Shown here one piece after another: positions 12,501 to 24,900 of a stretch of DNA of 64,000 nt; the first letter of the stretch is position 1; every line of letters begins with the position of its first letter. A model generated the notes under the pieces. It searched no databases. It saw only the letters and a program-made list of their open reading frames with translations, and was not told where the DNA came from. Both the position numbers and the translations under genes were made by a program. Source of the DNA: a virus; IMG/VR virus record IMGVR_UViG_3300000976_000009, positions 269,151 to 333,150 of that record, one strand, 5' to 3'.

Positions 12501-13678
12501 TTTGGATGGTGCATATAAGGTTTTAAGAGCTACTAATAGAGAGGATAAAGAGAAGTTGGTCAATGGAATTATTACACCAATTTTAAAATAATTCACTAAA
12601 TGTTTGGTAGTTAGATATATTATTCTTATATTTGTATCAGTCATTAATTAAAACCAACTAAAATGGGTAACTTAGATAAAATATTAGAGCCATTATTTAC
12701 AACAACTAATAAGTGGAAAATATTCATTGTTTCATTTATTTCTATTTTTATTGTTGGAGTAACTATATCGTATCTGTTTAGTGATAATACAAAAGCTTCA
12801 ATATTATTCGCTTTGTTTTTAGCATTTTTATTTAGTGGTGTATTTACATCTATGATTGCATTATCTAGACTTAGCATTGAATTTTATAAATTTGCCGAAG
12901 ATGTGGAAAATATGATTCGCAATAATGACCCATATAATGATGTTTTGAATAAACTTAAGGAATTAGATAAGCTGTCATTTCATAGAACAACTAGTGAGCG
13001 AATTAGAGAGTTGATTAAGATGACTGAAATTAAATATGGTGTCCAATTATTAAAACGTTAATATGAAAGAAACTAAATTAACATTAGATATTATACAAGG
13101 ACTTGGGATGGAAAGTCAAAGCTACAAACCAGACCATGATGATTTTGGACTAAAGTTTTTATTACCTAAAACTGGATTCGAATTAACTTGTCTTACAGTA
13201 TGTAATGGTGAACCATGTGATAGTGATTCATTAGAAGGAATGGACGGTTGGTTATATATTACAACCAAAGAAGAGATTGAAAGAGTAATGGAGTTAGATG
13301 AGAACCAATTGTTTGAGTTTATTGAGGCTGATAACCCAGAATTTGATAGAGAAGATTTCGAATAAATACCATAGAACATGAAAAAATTATTATTTTTAAT
13401 GGTTGTATTACTATTGACTAGTTGTGTTGATAAGAATCTGACTGAAAAGAAAACCAAATACACTATTGAAATTCTATATGAAAATGGTGATAGTGAAAGT
13501 ATTTCACAAGTAAGAACTTATTTTGACAAATCTTGGTATTATTTAAGTGAAGATGGTTGTCTAATATATAAAAGTAATAATAAATTCCTTTTTGAACGGG
13601 TTGCTTGTGATGTTCGTAGGTTTAATATCACAAAAAAAGAAAATTTATTAAAAGAAGAATTTTAATACTATATAAGAT

Positions 13679-14229
13679 ATGACTGGTACAGCAAAAGTAA
13701 AAGATGATAGTAGTTTCCGTTATAAAGGATTAACATTAAATATTATTGGTGTTTACAATGTCCATATGAGTGAGATATGTCACGATATATACCCATTGGG
13801 TAGTGTAACATATAAACTCTCATTAGATGGCACACAATGGGAAGGTGAGCAGTCTTATACTGTTATTCATGAAAGTGAATTAGAAGACATTACCCCAAAA
13901 GGTTCAGTAGAAGCTAATGTATGGTATGACCGTCTTAAAAATAGTGGTCAGAAAGTTGTTAACAACTATTCAACCCAAATGCTGATAAGTCAATTGACGA
14001 TATTTATGAGGCATATCTTAAACAAGCTAACCTTGAAAGAGGTAAGGGTGTTAAGTCGTCAAATGATTTGAAAGTTGGTGATGATGCGTTTTTCAGAAAA
14101 ACTGTTCAACGTAATGGTAAACCAGATATTGAATATGAACCAATTGTTATTGAACAAGCTGATATTGAACAAATTAGTCAATACAAAGGCACAACGTTTG
14201 AAGACTTTTGGTATATTGCAAAGCAATAA
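13679..14229 (+). pseudogene. Hypothetical gene interrupted by a 1-nt frameshift near 13968
   Basis: Protein-like reading continues in another frame (FNPNADKSIDDIYEAY...FWYIAKQ*) to TAA 14227-14229; next gene starts at ATG 14240. Confidence 0.55.
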
Positions 14230-16039
14230 ATATAATAGTATGAAATTTAGAGTCCCAAGAAAAATTAGAAAAAAGATAGGTAAGAAAATCTATCTATATC
14301 CACCAGATAAGGATGGTAACTCTTTAATGGCTAAACCTTTAGAGAATCAAAGAGATTATACTGCGTTCTTACAAGGTATACTTAGAACACCATTCCATTT
14401 TACTAAAGCTGAGCAAAAGCAAATGTCAATTGAATGGAATGCTAAATTTAATAAGGTGGTTGAGATTTCTGATGAAGAACTACTTGAAGCGGTTAATAAT
14501 ATATTTGGTGAAGACTATCGAGATAATGCTTACAATGTATTACTTAGAGCAAAGAGTCACCCAATTGCAATTAGTGATTACTATACATTTGTTAATGCTT
14601 GGGGATTGATTCAAAATGGTGAACGATATGGTAATGTGGCTTGTATGTGTATTGATAGTGCTGAGGATAACTTAAAACGTAGTAAGCCTAGAAAACGAAA
14701 GTAATATGAAAAAGAAATATTTAGTATTTTCAAATAAGTTACACGAATATACTATTGTCTCAAAACTAAGGGATGATAATACTACTATTCATACATTATC
14801 ACATTCACATGGTGAACAATGGTCTGAAACAACCAAAGGTAAGAAATGTTTGCAAATTATTGAAGGTGACTTAGAAATGGAAATTGTTAAACCAAAAATT
14901 GGTATGCAGTCTTATTCTGATATTATTGAAATGAAATTATTAATTGATTTTATAACTTCAAAATATAATAATGATGAATTTAAAGTAATTGAAGAAAAAA
15001 ATGTGAATAAATTTGGTAATTAGAATTAAATGTATTATATTTGTACCAGTCATTAATTAAAACCAAATATTATGTTTAAAGATAAAGAATTTACTGTTGA
15101 ACAAGGACTTAAAATTCAAGGTGAACAATTAACTGAATGGGAAAGTAAACTACACCCAGAATGTTATAAAGACTTAGTAGCACATGCTACTTCGACAAAC
15201 CACCTAGCTAAAAGTGGCTTGGAAGTTTGTCGAGGAAATAGTCTTTCAAATTTCATAGCCAATTGGAAGCCTAGTAAGGATGTTAAACCAAATGTTCAAT
15301 TTGAGAATGTTAAAATTGAAGCTGGTGATAGTGTTATGAGTAAGGATGGTAGTTTTATTGTTGATGGGTTTTATTACCATTTGAGAGCCTTATTTGTCAC
15401 CACAAAATGTGGTAAAACAATTAAAGGTTATGGAATTACTGGTGTAATTAAAAAAGATTAATATGGTAGGTTTTATATTATTATGTTTAGTAGCATTAGT
15501 TTTATTAATAACAGGTATTATATCAGTAAATGAGTATGATAGTTCTGGTTTTTGGCTTATAATATTTGCGATAATTATCGCATTACTTAGTGTTACTGAG
15601 AAAACAACTAAAATTGGTGAACCATTGTTAATTGACCATAACAAAATTTCCGTTATGTATGATGAAAATGTGGTAATTATTAGATATGATGGTAATACAT
15701 TTGAATATACTGATGTGAAAAAATACAAAGCAATTAAAAAAGGTAAATTTAAATTATTTGTTATTAAAGAATATAATATTCTTGGTAATTTAAAAAGTAG
15801 AAGGTTTGAACTAAAATTAATAGAATGAAAAAAGTAACGACAGTTGAATTAATGAAAGACGGTGTATCATTAGGACATGCACCATTGATACAAGAAAAAG
15901 GTAAAAAAGCAGTCATGTTACATGATGGTAATGAGCCACTTACGTTCGAAACAGCAAAGTTAGCGAAAGAAGAAGGTAAAAAATATATTGAAAAATTTGG
16001 ATAAGTAATTTAAATTACTTATCTTTACAATATGAAAAT

Positions 16040-16264
16040 GGGGTTGACAATTTGGTTATACCTTTCCTACTTAGCGGTAGGTGACAAGTAGGGTTAGGCT
16101 CGACCTCAAATATGAGCATGATAGAAAGATTCACAAGGAAGTCATAACATCTGATATGTGAGTTAATCTTGAATTAGAATACGAGATGATGGGTTCTACT
16201 GTTATATCCCCACCATAAGTAGACTACAAACGAAAAGGGGGAGGTTCGATTCCTCCCAACTCCA
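16040..16264 (+). ncRNA. tmRNA-like RNA (Ala-type tRNA-like domain, ~225 nt, no evident tag ORF)
   Basis: GGGGTTG/CAACTCC-A acceptor with G3-U70, stemless D region, CCTTT/AAAGG P2-like stem, T-arm GGAGG-TTCGATT-CCTCC; promoter at 15996-16027. Confidence 0.7.
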
Positions 16265-16362
16265 CAAAAACAGTGCAACAAAGCAAAGTAAGATTGCCGT
16301 CTGAAACACTAAGTTAAAGCTGTTCTATTTAGGCAATATCGGCAAATATTAGTTAGGTAGTT

Positions 16363-16433
16363 AGAGTGTATAGTTTAATTGGTAGAACAGCCCCGATGAG
16401 GGGCGGGTTTGGGTTCGAGTCCCAATGCATCTC
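16363..16433 (+). ncRNA. Atypical tRNA / pseudo-tRNA with 5-nt anticodon loop
   Basis: D-arm TAGTTTAATTGGTAGAAC, GCCCC-GATGA-GGGGC arm, T-arm TTGGG-TTCGAGT-CCCAA, bulged acceptor AGA(G)TGTA/TGCATCT. Confidence 0.7.
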
Positions 16434-17087
16434 CTAAATTATTAATAATAAAGAATATGAAAACACCTTGTTATATTATTTTAGCAACTAACACCAAAAC
16501 TGGTGAAATACAAGGTAGAATTGAAAATTCATTTTCAATGGGTCTTTCTGATGATTTTGTTAGAGTAGAAAGAGCTTGGGAATACAACTATACTGCTAGA
16601 AATAAAGGTGTTAGTAACAAAAGAGCGACAACAATAACACTAAGAGAAACTTGTAATAAATTAAACCAACACCCAAATACACCAAAAGATGTTACATTTA
16701 ATTTTTATAGAGTTGGTTCTAAACATTGTCCAGTTAAATTAGATTGGGTGAATATTATTAAACGTAAGAAAAAAGAAAAAGGTTGTAGTAAATTTGATGC
16801 TAGAAATTTACGATTTAAAATTAAATAATTATGAAAAAAATATTAATGTCATTATTGATAATCACTTTAATCACATCTTGTTCAACACCAAATCAACGTG
16901 CTGAAATAGTTGAAGAATTTGGTGAAATAATTTGGAGACAATCACCCACATCACATGATGTTTTTGAGACATTTTTATGTAAAGATGAAAATAATCACCT
17001 ATCTATTATTAGAGTTCAAGATGATGCTTCAATATCTTCAATAAATAAAATTAGTGGTTATAAAGTAATTCCAATTTGTGATTAAGT

Positions 17088-18965
17088 ATGTCATTTGTCC
17101 CAAGTATTTTCCAAAAAAATATATTTGACTTTATTGTAGATGGTGAAGGTAACGCAGTTATCAATGCTGTTGCGGGTTCTGGTAAAACAACTACGTTATT
17201 AGAAGCACTAAAAATGTTACCAAAAGATGCATCAATAATGTTTCTAGCATTCAATAAATCAATAAAAACTGAAATTCAAGAAAAAGTCAACGATTTAGGG
17301 CTAACTAATGTAACTGTTAATACTTGTCATGGGTTTGGGTTCTCTTCTTTATTATCATCATTAGAAAATAAACCGTCAATCGATAACTTAAAGTATCGAA
17401 AGATGATACGTAATGTTATATCATTCATTCAATCTGGTGATTTAACACCAATTTTAGATTATAAATTCAAAGCTAATGAAATCAAAATATGTCAAGCATT
17501 TGATATCGATTGGGAATCTATGGATGATAAATATGAATTTACAAAACGAGTAATCCAATTAGTTGATTTAGGTAGAATGTTTTTGAAAACAACAACTAAA
17601 TCAATTAAGAAAATCAGTAAGAAATATAATATAGTATGTAGTGGTAATGAAGCAGAATTAGCATCTGCTTTAATTAAGCTAGGTAAGACCTTTGTTTCAA
17701 CAATTGATTTTGCTGATATGATATATCTACCAAATGAGTTGAAATTAACCACACAAAAATTTGATTATGTGTTTATTGATGAATGCCAAGACCTAAATAC
17801 AGCACAAAGAGAATTAATGTTAAAATCATTATACCCAAGTAGTCGATTTATTGCTGTCGGTGATAAGAATCAAGCAATTTATGGATTTGCGGGTGCTGAT
17901 GCTGAATCATTTAATAAACTCACTAAATTACCTAATACAATATCATTACCATTATCAGTATGTTATAGATGTGGGTCTGATATTGTTAAAAAAGCTCAAA
18001 ATATTGTGCCAGACATACAACCATTTGATAAAAACAAGAGTGGTGTAGTTGATTTAGATGGTAGTATCAATGATATAATCGATGGTGACATGGTTTTATG
18101 TCGAAATACATATCCATTAGTCAAACTTTGTTTAGCCTTCCTTAAAGATGGCAAAAAAGCTACAATTATGGGTGGTGACATTGGTAAATCTTTAATCAAT
18201 ATGGTTAAAGAAGCTAACCAAAAAGATATGAACAAAGTTTTTGATAAACTTTATCATAATTTAGAATTGGTATTTAAACGTATTCTTAGAGCAGAAGAAT
18301 GTACTGATGAAGAAGCAAGACAAAATACTGAATATGTTAATTATGAGGAAAAAATACAAGTAATTGAAGCAATATATACAGTTGGTGATGATGCCTTAAA
18401 AATAATATCTAAATTAGAAGATATATTTAATGATTTTAATAAAGAAGGTATTATTTTGTCAACGATACATAAATCAAAAGGTTTAGAATCTAATCGAGTG
18501 TTTATTATTCACCCAGAAAAAATGCCTAGCAAATTCGCTAAACAAAAATGGGAACTTACACAAGAAAATAATTTGAGATATGTTGCATATACTAGAGCTA
18601 AATCATTATTATCTATAGTAACTGATTTTGATGCTTATTCTGGTAGAGATGGAGAAACTTTTGCCAATAAAATAAATGAGGTTAAAATATCTCAACACAT
18701 TGGTAAAGTTGGCTCTAAACATAAATTAGAAGGAACTATTGTTGAATGTAGATACATTTCAAATTATAATAGTATGGTGTATGTTATTGAAGATAAAAAA
18801 GGTAACATATTTGAAAAATGGGGCGACATTAAACCAAGATTTGTTGTATCAAATGACAATAGTTTAAAAGAAGGTACATTAATCAGAGCAAATGTTACTA
18901 TTTCTAAACATAGTGAATTTAGAGGGATTAAAAAGAATGGTATTAAAAACTTTGGAATTTATTAA
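17088..18965 (+). CDS. UvrD/Rep-like superfamily 1 helicase
   Basis: Walker A AVAGSGKTT, DECQD, VGDKNQAIYGFAGAD, YRCGS, STIHKSKGLE, YVAYTRAK. Confidence 0.95.
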   Translation: MSFVPSIFQKNIFDFIVDGEGNAVINAVAGSGKTTTLLEALKMLPKDASIMFLAFNKSIKTEIQEKVNDLGLTNVTVNTCHGFGFSSLLSSLENKPSIDNLKYRKMIRNVISFIQSGDLTPILDYKFKANEIKICQAFDIDWESMDDKYEFTKRVIQLVDLGRMFLKTTTKSIKKISKKYNIVCSGNEAELASALIKLGKTFVSTIDFADMIYLPNELKLTTQKFDYVFIDECQDLNTAQRELMLKSLYPSSRFIAVGDKNQAIYGFAGADAESFNKLTKLPNTISLPLSVCYRCGSDIVKKAQNIVPDIQPFDKNKSGVVDLDGSINDIIDGDMVLCRNTYPLVKLCLAFLKDGKKATIMGGDIGKSLINMVKEANQKDMNKVFDKLYHNLELVFKRILRAEECTDEEARQNTEYVNYEEKIQVIEAIYTVGDDALKIISKLEDIFNDFNKEGIILSTIHKSKGLESNRVFIIHPEKMPSKFAKQKWELTQENNLRYVAYTRAKSLLSIVTDFDAYSGRDGETFANKINEVKISQHIGKVGSKHKLEGTIVECRYISNYNSMVYVIEDKKGNIFEKWGDIKPRFVVSNDNSLKEGTLIRANVTISKHSEFRGIKKNGIKNFGIY

Positions 18966-21900
18966 AAATGGATATTGAAATAACAAGTTATATTGATTTT
19001 AGCAAACTTTTTGCTGACTTATTTAACTATCATGAAAATGATTTAATTGAATATCAATATGAATCAGAAACATATAGTAATTTATTGAAATTTAATGCCT
19101 CAGCTAGAAATAGTTTTGATTTGATAATTGATGAATGTGAATTGTCTGATAAAACTATTTCATTTATATTTGGATATGATTTTAATGATGCAAATGAAAG
19201 TAATACACAAAGCTCATCTGCTGATTATCATATTATATATGATAGAATATTAGATGAATTTACTGATTGTATTTATTCACAAGGTTAAATTATGATAATA
19301 ACATTAGTATTAATAGCAATATTTGTTTTAATTGTATTAGAAAGTCAATCTAACACACAAACAAACTCAACCTCTCAACCACATGTATCTACAAATACTA
19401 TTGTATTACCAAACGATATAGTGTGTCCAAATTGTGGTAATGATAAATTTAATCCAATAAGAGATTTAGATACTAATACTTTTGATATAATTTGTCCAGA
19501 GTGCAAAGAGGTTGCTTGGATTAACCCAAATAGAGAAGAAAGAATACAACAATTGAATAGTATGATTGATATGCTAGATTAAATTTGGTGATATCAAATA
19601 TTATTCTTATTTTTACAATATGGAAAGAGAAAAAACATTAGCTAAATTCACAGAATTATTCACAACATTCTTATCAAATAAAAAACACCGTATTCATAAT
19701 AATATTGGTGGTCGTTATTTGAAAAAAAACCAAGCGAATATTATTAATAGTGATAGCAATAATAAATATATTAATAATGCGTTTGAAACCGAATTTTATA
19801 TTGGAGACCAAAAGCTTGATTTAGATACTTTAAAAAAATTAAATAAATGTTCTAAGAACAAAATTAATCTAAGTCTGGTTGATAAAACTATTAATTTATC
19901 TAAAAAAACTGTTGTACTTAATTTTGGTGATAAGCCAAATTTAGTGTTAACTGAACATATTACTCCTAAATTAGCTTATAATATTGAACATAAAATTGTT
20001 TGGCGAGGCATATTTAGACGTATATTTTTTATAAAATTAATTGTGAAGGAATCTAAATATGTTACAAATACTAGTAGAACATTTAAATTTGGTAGTATTG
20101 TGATTAATTTAACCGAAGGAGAATTTAATAAATTGTTTAGTATAGCGGAAGAATTTAATAAGGTGAGACCTAATGAAATTGATGAAGCGATTTTAGATAT
20201 TAGAATTAACGAATACAAAGAAAGCTAAACATGGGTTATATTGATTCAGAATTAGGGATAAAAACAGCCAAAGGTTTAGCTAAGTATTTCACAAGTATTT
20301 TTGGTCAACAAGTTATGGCTATAAAAGTGGCTAATTCAGTTAGGTTGATATGGGCAGTAGATAATAAATTACATACTCATGATATTAAGGCTAGTGTAAT
20401 TTATGTCATACAAGAAGAACAGCTTGATGTAGCAATGAATGAAATTAAAAATACAATAATCAAAAAATAATTTGGTGATATCAAATATTATCCTTATATT
20501 TGTAAAACAAAATTGGATAATATGTCTTTAAATAAAAACACAATAGCATACGGAGTTAGAATTAAATTGAAAGATAACTTTGTTCAGAAATGTATTGGTG
20601 ATAAATTTCTAGTAGAACAAGAAGATATATTATTTATTTCTGAGGGTCATGTCTATAATGATTCAAAAGGTGAGTATGTTATGATTAAAGGCGGGTCATT
20701 AACCAATTCTGGTTATGCATACCTAGATGAGTTAGAATTATTACACCCAGTCCCAAATAAACCCATTGTAAATAAACCACACCAACACGTTTTAAATTGC
20801 GTTGAACATGAATTAATTAACGCCAAAGATGGTGATGAAATTAAAATTATTGTTCAAGAAAATAAAGTTGAAATTTGGAACGGTAGTGTTTATACTGGTA
20901 GGCATATATTCAAATAGAATTTTGCTACCCATCATTAATTAAAACCAAAGATTATGAAATTATTTAGTGAAGATGAAATACACGATTTAGTGTTTGATTT
21001 AAATGATGAAATTGATGATTTACTTTCAGATGGGTATTCAGCATCTTCACCAATAGTTAAAAGACGTGAAGATAAAATTAATTCCTTAAATAACCAAAAA
21101 TTAAGTTTCGAGAATGGTAAGAAACACATTAACTTAAAAGATATGACTTTTGTATCTGATGAACTTAGTGGGATTATTTTCATTCAGTCTAGATTTAATA
21201 ACGGACATTTCTTAGGTTTTTGGTCTCACTCACCTTGGGGTACATGTAATGACCAAGAAACTGGTTGGGTAGTATTCAACCCACATACATTTGAAATTAT
21301 TGACCAATGTGAGACTAAACATAATGGTGAATATAGAGAATGGCGTAGAGATATTAAAAATAAATTTGGTGGGGCTAAAACCATTAAAGATATGTCTGGT
21401 GAAACATTGTGGAAAATGTCTGAAACATAATGAAAGATAGAAACCAATTCATAGAAGCTGACGGTCTATATTGGGAGAATGAAACCCAAGAATGGTTTAT
21501 CGACAAAACGTTAACCCAATATGCACATAAGGATTCTGCAACATCACAAGATGACACATTACCATATATTTTTTGTTTTTGGGTTCGAGACAAAACAACT
21601 GGTGAATATGAAAATATTGTTATGGATAACCAATTTAAAGAAGTTGTTCATTCCTCAAAATTCGGTAGTTGTACAACCTACGTTGATAGACTTAAAGTAG
21701 AGAAACGATTCGGTATGCATAAAGAAAAATTCATTACTAGAGTATTTGAGGAAATTGATAAAGAAGATGAAAAAGATATTTAAAAATGGTATTGTATATA
21801 TTAAGTATTATGGTAAGAAAGACCGTATAACTAATCGTGTACTAGTCATTGGTTTCTTAAGAAAATACTTCAAATTCAAATTTTTCTTATACATTTATTT

Positions 21901-24900
21901 GCGTAAGTCAAAATAATTCACTACATTTGAATTATGGAAGCAATCGAAAAAGGTAATTGGGTTTTAGTTCCTTTAACTAAAGATGATTTAGATAACCCAA
22001 ATATTGTCGCAAAAGTTGATAGTGTTACAGATACCATTGTAACTATTGAGCTATCAAATGATGGTAAAGTTGATATCCCACGTAGTTGGTGTAGAGTAGT
22101 ACATATTCAAAATTTTGAAAAATAATGATAATTACAATTGCATTCATATTAACAGCTTTAGTCACACTTCTTTTTGTGGCGGTAATTGTTTCTTCGATTG
22201 GGGAGAGTAGAACTATTGATGTCCCACCATTGTTTATGTTCAAAGCATTACAACCAACAAGATGGTATATTCTATACCCAAGTTTAATTTTTCAAATCTG
22301 GTTTTGGTCGGATAAATTTAATATTATATAAGATATGATACAGACATTTAAAATTAGTACAGGAATGGGTAAAACACATGATGATTTACCATTTTTAACA
22401 GAAGACCAATATAACGAATTTAACGTTATTGGATATACTGGTAAGAGAAGTAACAAGAAACCTTGTGGTCGTCAAGAATATTTGAACTCACTAAATATTG
22501 GTGAGTTCAAAGTTAACCAAACTAAATACGATGATGGTAATTTTATTGAACAATTCACCATTACCTTAGTAACTGAGGATTCAAAAGAAATGTCTGAATT
22601 ACCAGAATGGTTACAAGAACTTTGGAAACTAGACCCAAGCATTGCTAGAAAGGCTGAGAAAGAAATTAGTAACCTAACTAAGATAAAAGATGAGGTTATT
22701 AAAGTTTGGGACGAAGATGGGTTAGGTGGTGAAATTCAAATGAAAACACCTATTGCTTGGCAACGTGTAATTAGATTGTGTAGATAAAATTTAGTATTAT
22801 GTCATTAGAAAATTCAAAAGAAAATAAGTCATTAAATGCAAAAGTGCAAACTAATGATTATAAAGTAAATGTATTAGTTGAAACAACTAATTCAACTAAT
22901 ATGCATTATTCACATTTAAATAAACAGGTGCAAATTGATAAAGTACTTAGTGATGAGGAAATTATTGAACTTTGGGAGAACCGAAAGGTTGATGATAAAT
23001 TGAAATTAGCTAAAGATTGGATTAAAACCCAAGAAGGTTATGCCACTTCTAATTGTGTTGATGATTCATTAGATATTGATTATAATAGTATTGTTAAATA
23101 TTCAAATAAGTAAAATGGGACACCGAACATTAAAGGCATTAGAAGATTCAGACTTACCAGATTCTTGTACAATTGGTGAGGCAAAAGTACTCATACAAAA
23201 TGAGATTAAAGAACAAGAAAACCAACGTGTAGTACAAGATGAATTAGTTGTCAATAAGTTTAATGGTACTTATCTTAAACGTATCGCACCAGATAAATTA
23301 TTTGGAGACACATTAGAAGTTATTCAAGTTACAGGTGTTAAACCAGAAACATACACAACCGATTGGGAACGTACGTTTGGTTTGAAAGGACGAATAATTA
23401 CATTCGATAGATTACATATTCATTCTAGAGAATTTTCAGAAGGTAATGTTTCCGCCTCATATACTGAAAAAACATTAGACACATTCCAAGTTATTGATGA
23501 AACAGAATTTTTATTGTATGTTGTAGAGTATAACAAAATTAATTCTACATTACAAACATTACTCGCTGAAAATAAGTAACTATTATGACATTAGAGGAAG
23601 TATTGAAATTACTTATGGAGAAACACCATAGGAAGCATATATCACTTAGGTCTGCTAAGTATCTGTATGAAATATTAGAAGGTAAATCTAAAGAAACCTA
23701 TATAGTATTTGATAATGGTGGTGGTATGATATTCGATATTTGGAAGATTGATGATGAGCATCTAAATGCTTGGTATGATTCTAAGGATGCATTACCTAAA
23801 CATTTATTGTTTGGACATTACCAAAATGGTGAAACAACACTTAATGAAACATTACCGCATTGGATGGTGTATGAATTAATTCATGAGAAAAATTTGGATA
23901 AGTCAAAATAATTTACTACATTTGTAATATGAAAAAAGTAATATATGTCTTAATTGCACTTGTCACTCTAGGAATGACATCTTGTGCTGAGTGTGAAAAC
24001 CCACCAACTTGTAAATTCCAAAAAGGAGACCTTGTTCAAGACAAGACTTCAAGATGGGCTAAGAAAGGAGCTATTGTTGATACATATGTTACCTCAGATT
24101 GTGAATGTAGATACACCGTGTCTAACACAACTTGGATTGAAGGTAAGACTAAAAGAGATATGTCTGAGTATGAATTAGAAGAAGCGGGTCATGGTATTGA
24201 CCTAGATGCTATGGATGTTCTAAAAGAACTATTCTAATGAATGACAAGATTCATAGAATTATATTCAATATATTTGGATGTATAATAATTATACTAGCTG
24301 TAATCGGTTGGGTTGGAGCATTAACACATTAACAATATGAAAATATCGTTTTATTTATTAGATGATGATACGGAAATAACATCTTTTACTGGGTTAACAA
24401 GTAATCCATTTAATTTAAATGATGTGGTTAACTTATCTGTTAAGCCTCTAAGAAATGATGAATATGAGGGAGCAAATAAAGATTTCATTCAAAATGTCAT
24501 ATATAATAACCATAATGCTAAGGAAGCATTTAATTTGAAAGAAATTAGATTACTCACAGAAAAGAAATATATTAAATTTAATGTTCTTTCTGAACCAGAA
24601 TTATATGTTGAATACCATTGTCAAATAGTTAAGTAAGATATGTTAGATAATATTAAACAACCAGTAGAAACAAAACAAGGTCGAGGACAACTAACCCAAA
24701 GGATTAAAGATAAGTCTAAAGAATTATTTGGCTATGAACTAACTGTTAGACAACTTAGGCTTATTCCATATATTCTTAACGTCATGCAAAACGATAAGAC
24801 AATCGATAGACGTAGAATTAATGATGAAGAATTTGACATTATTATTCAATGGGAAAATGAAAACCATTTGACTTATTCGGTTGCTAGTTGTGAACTTACA

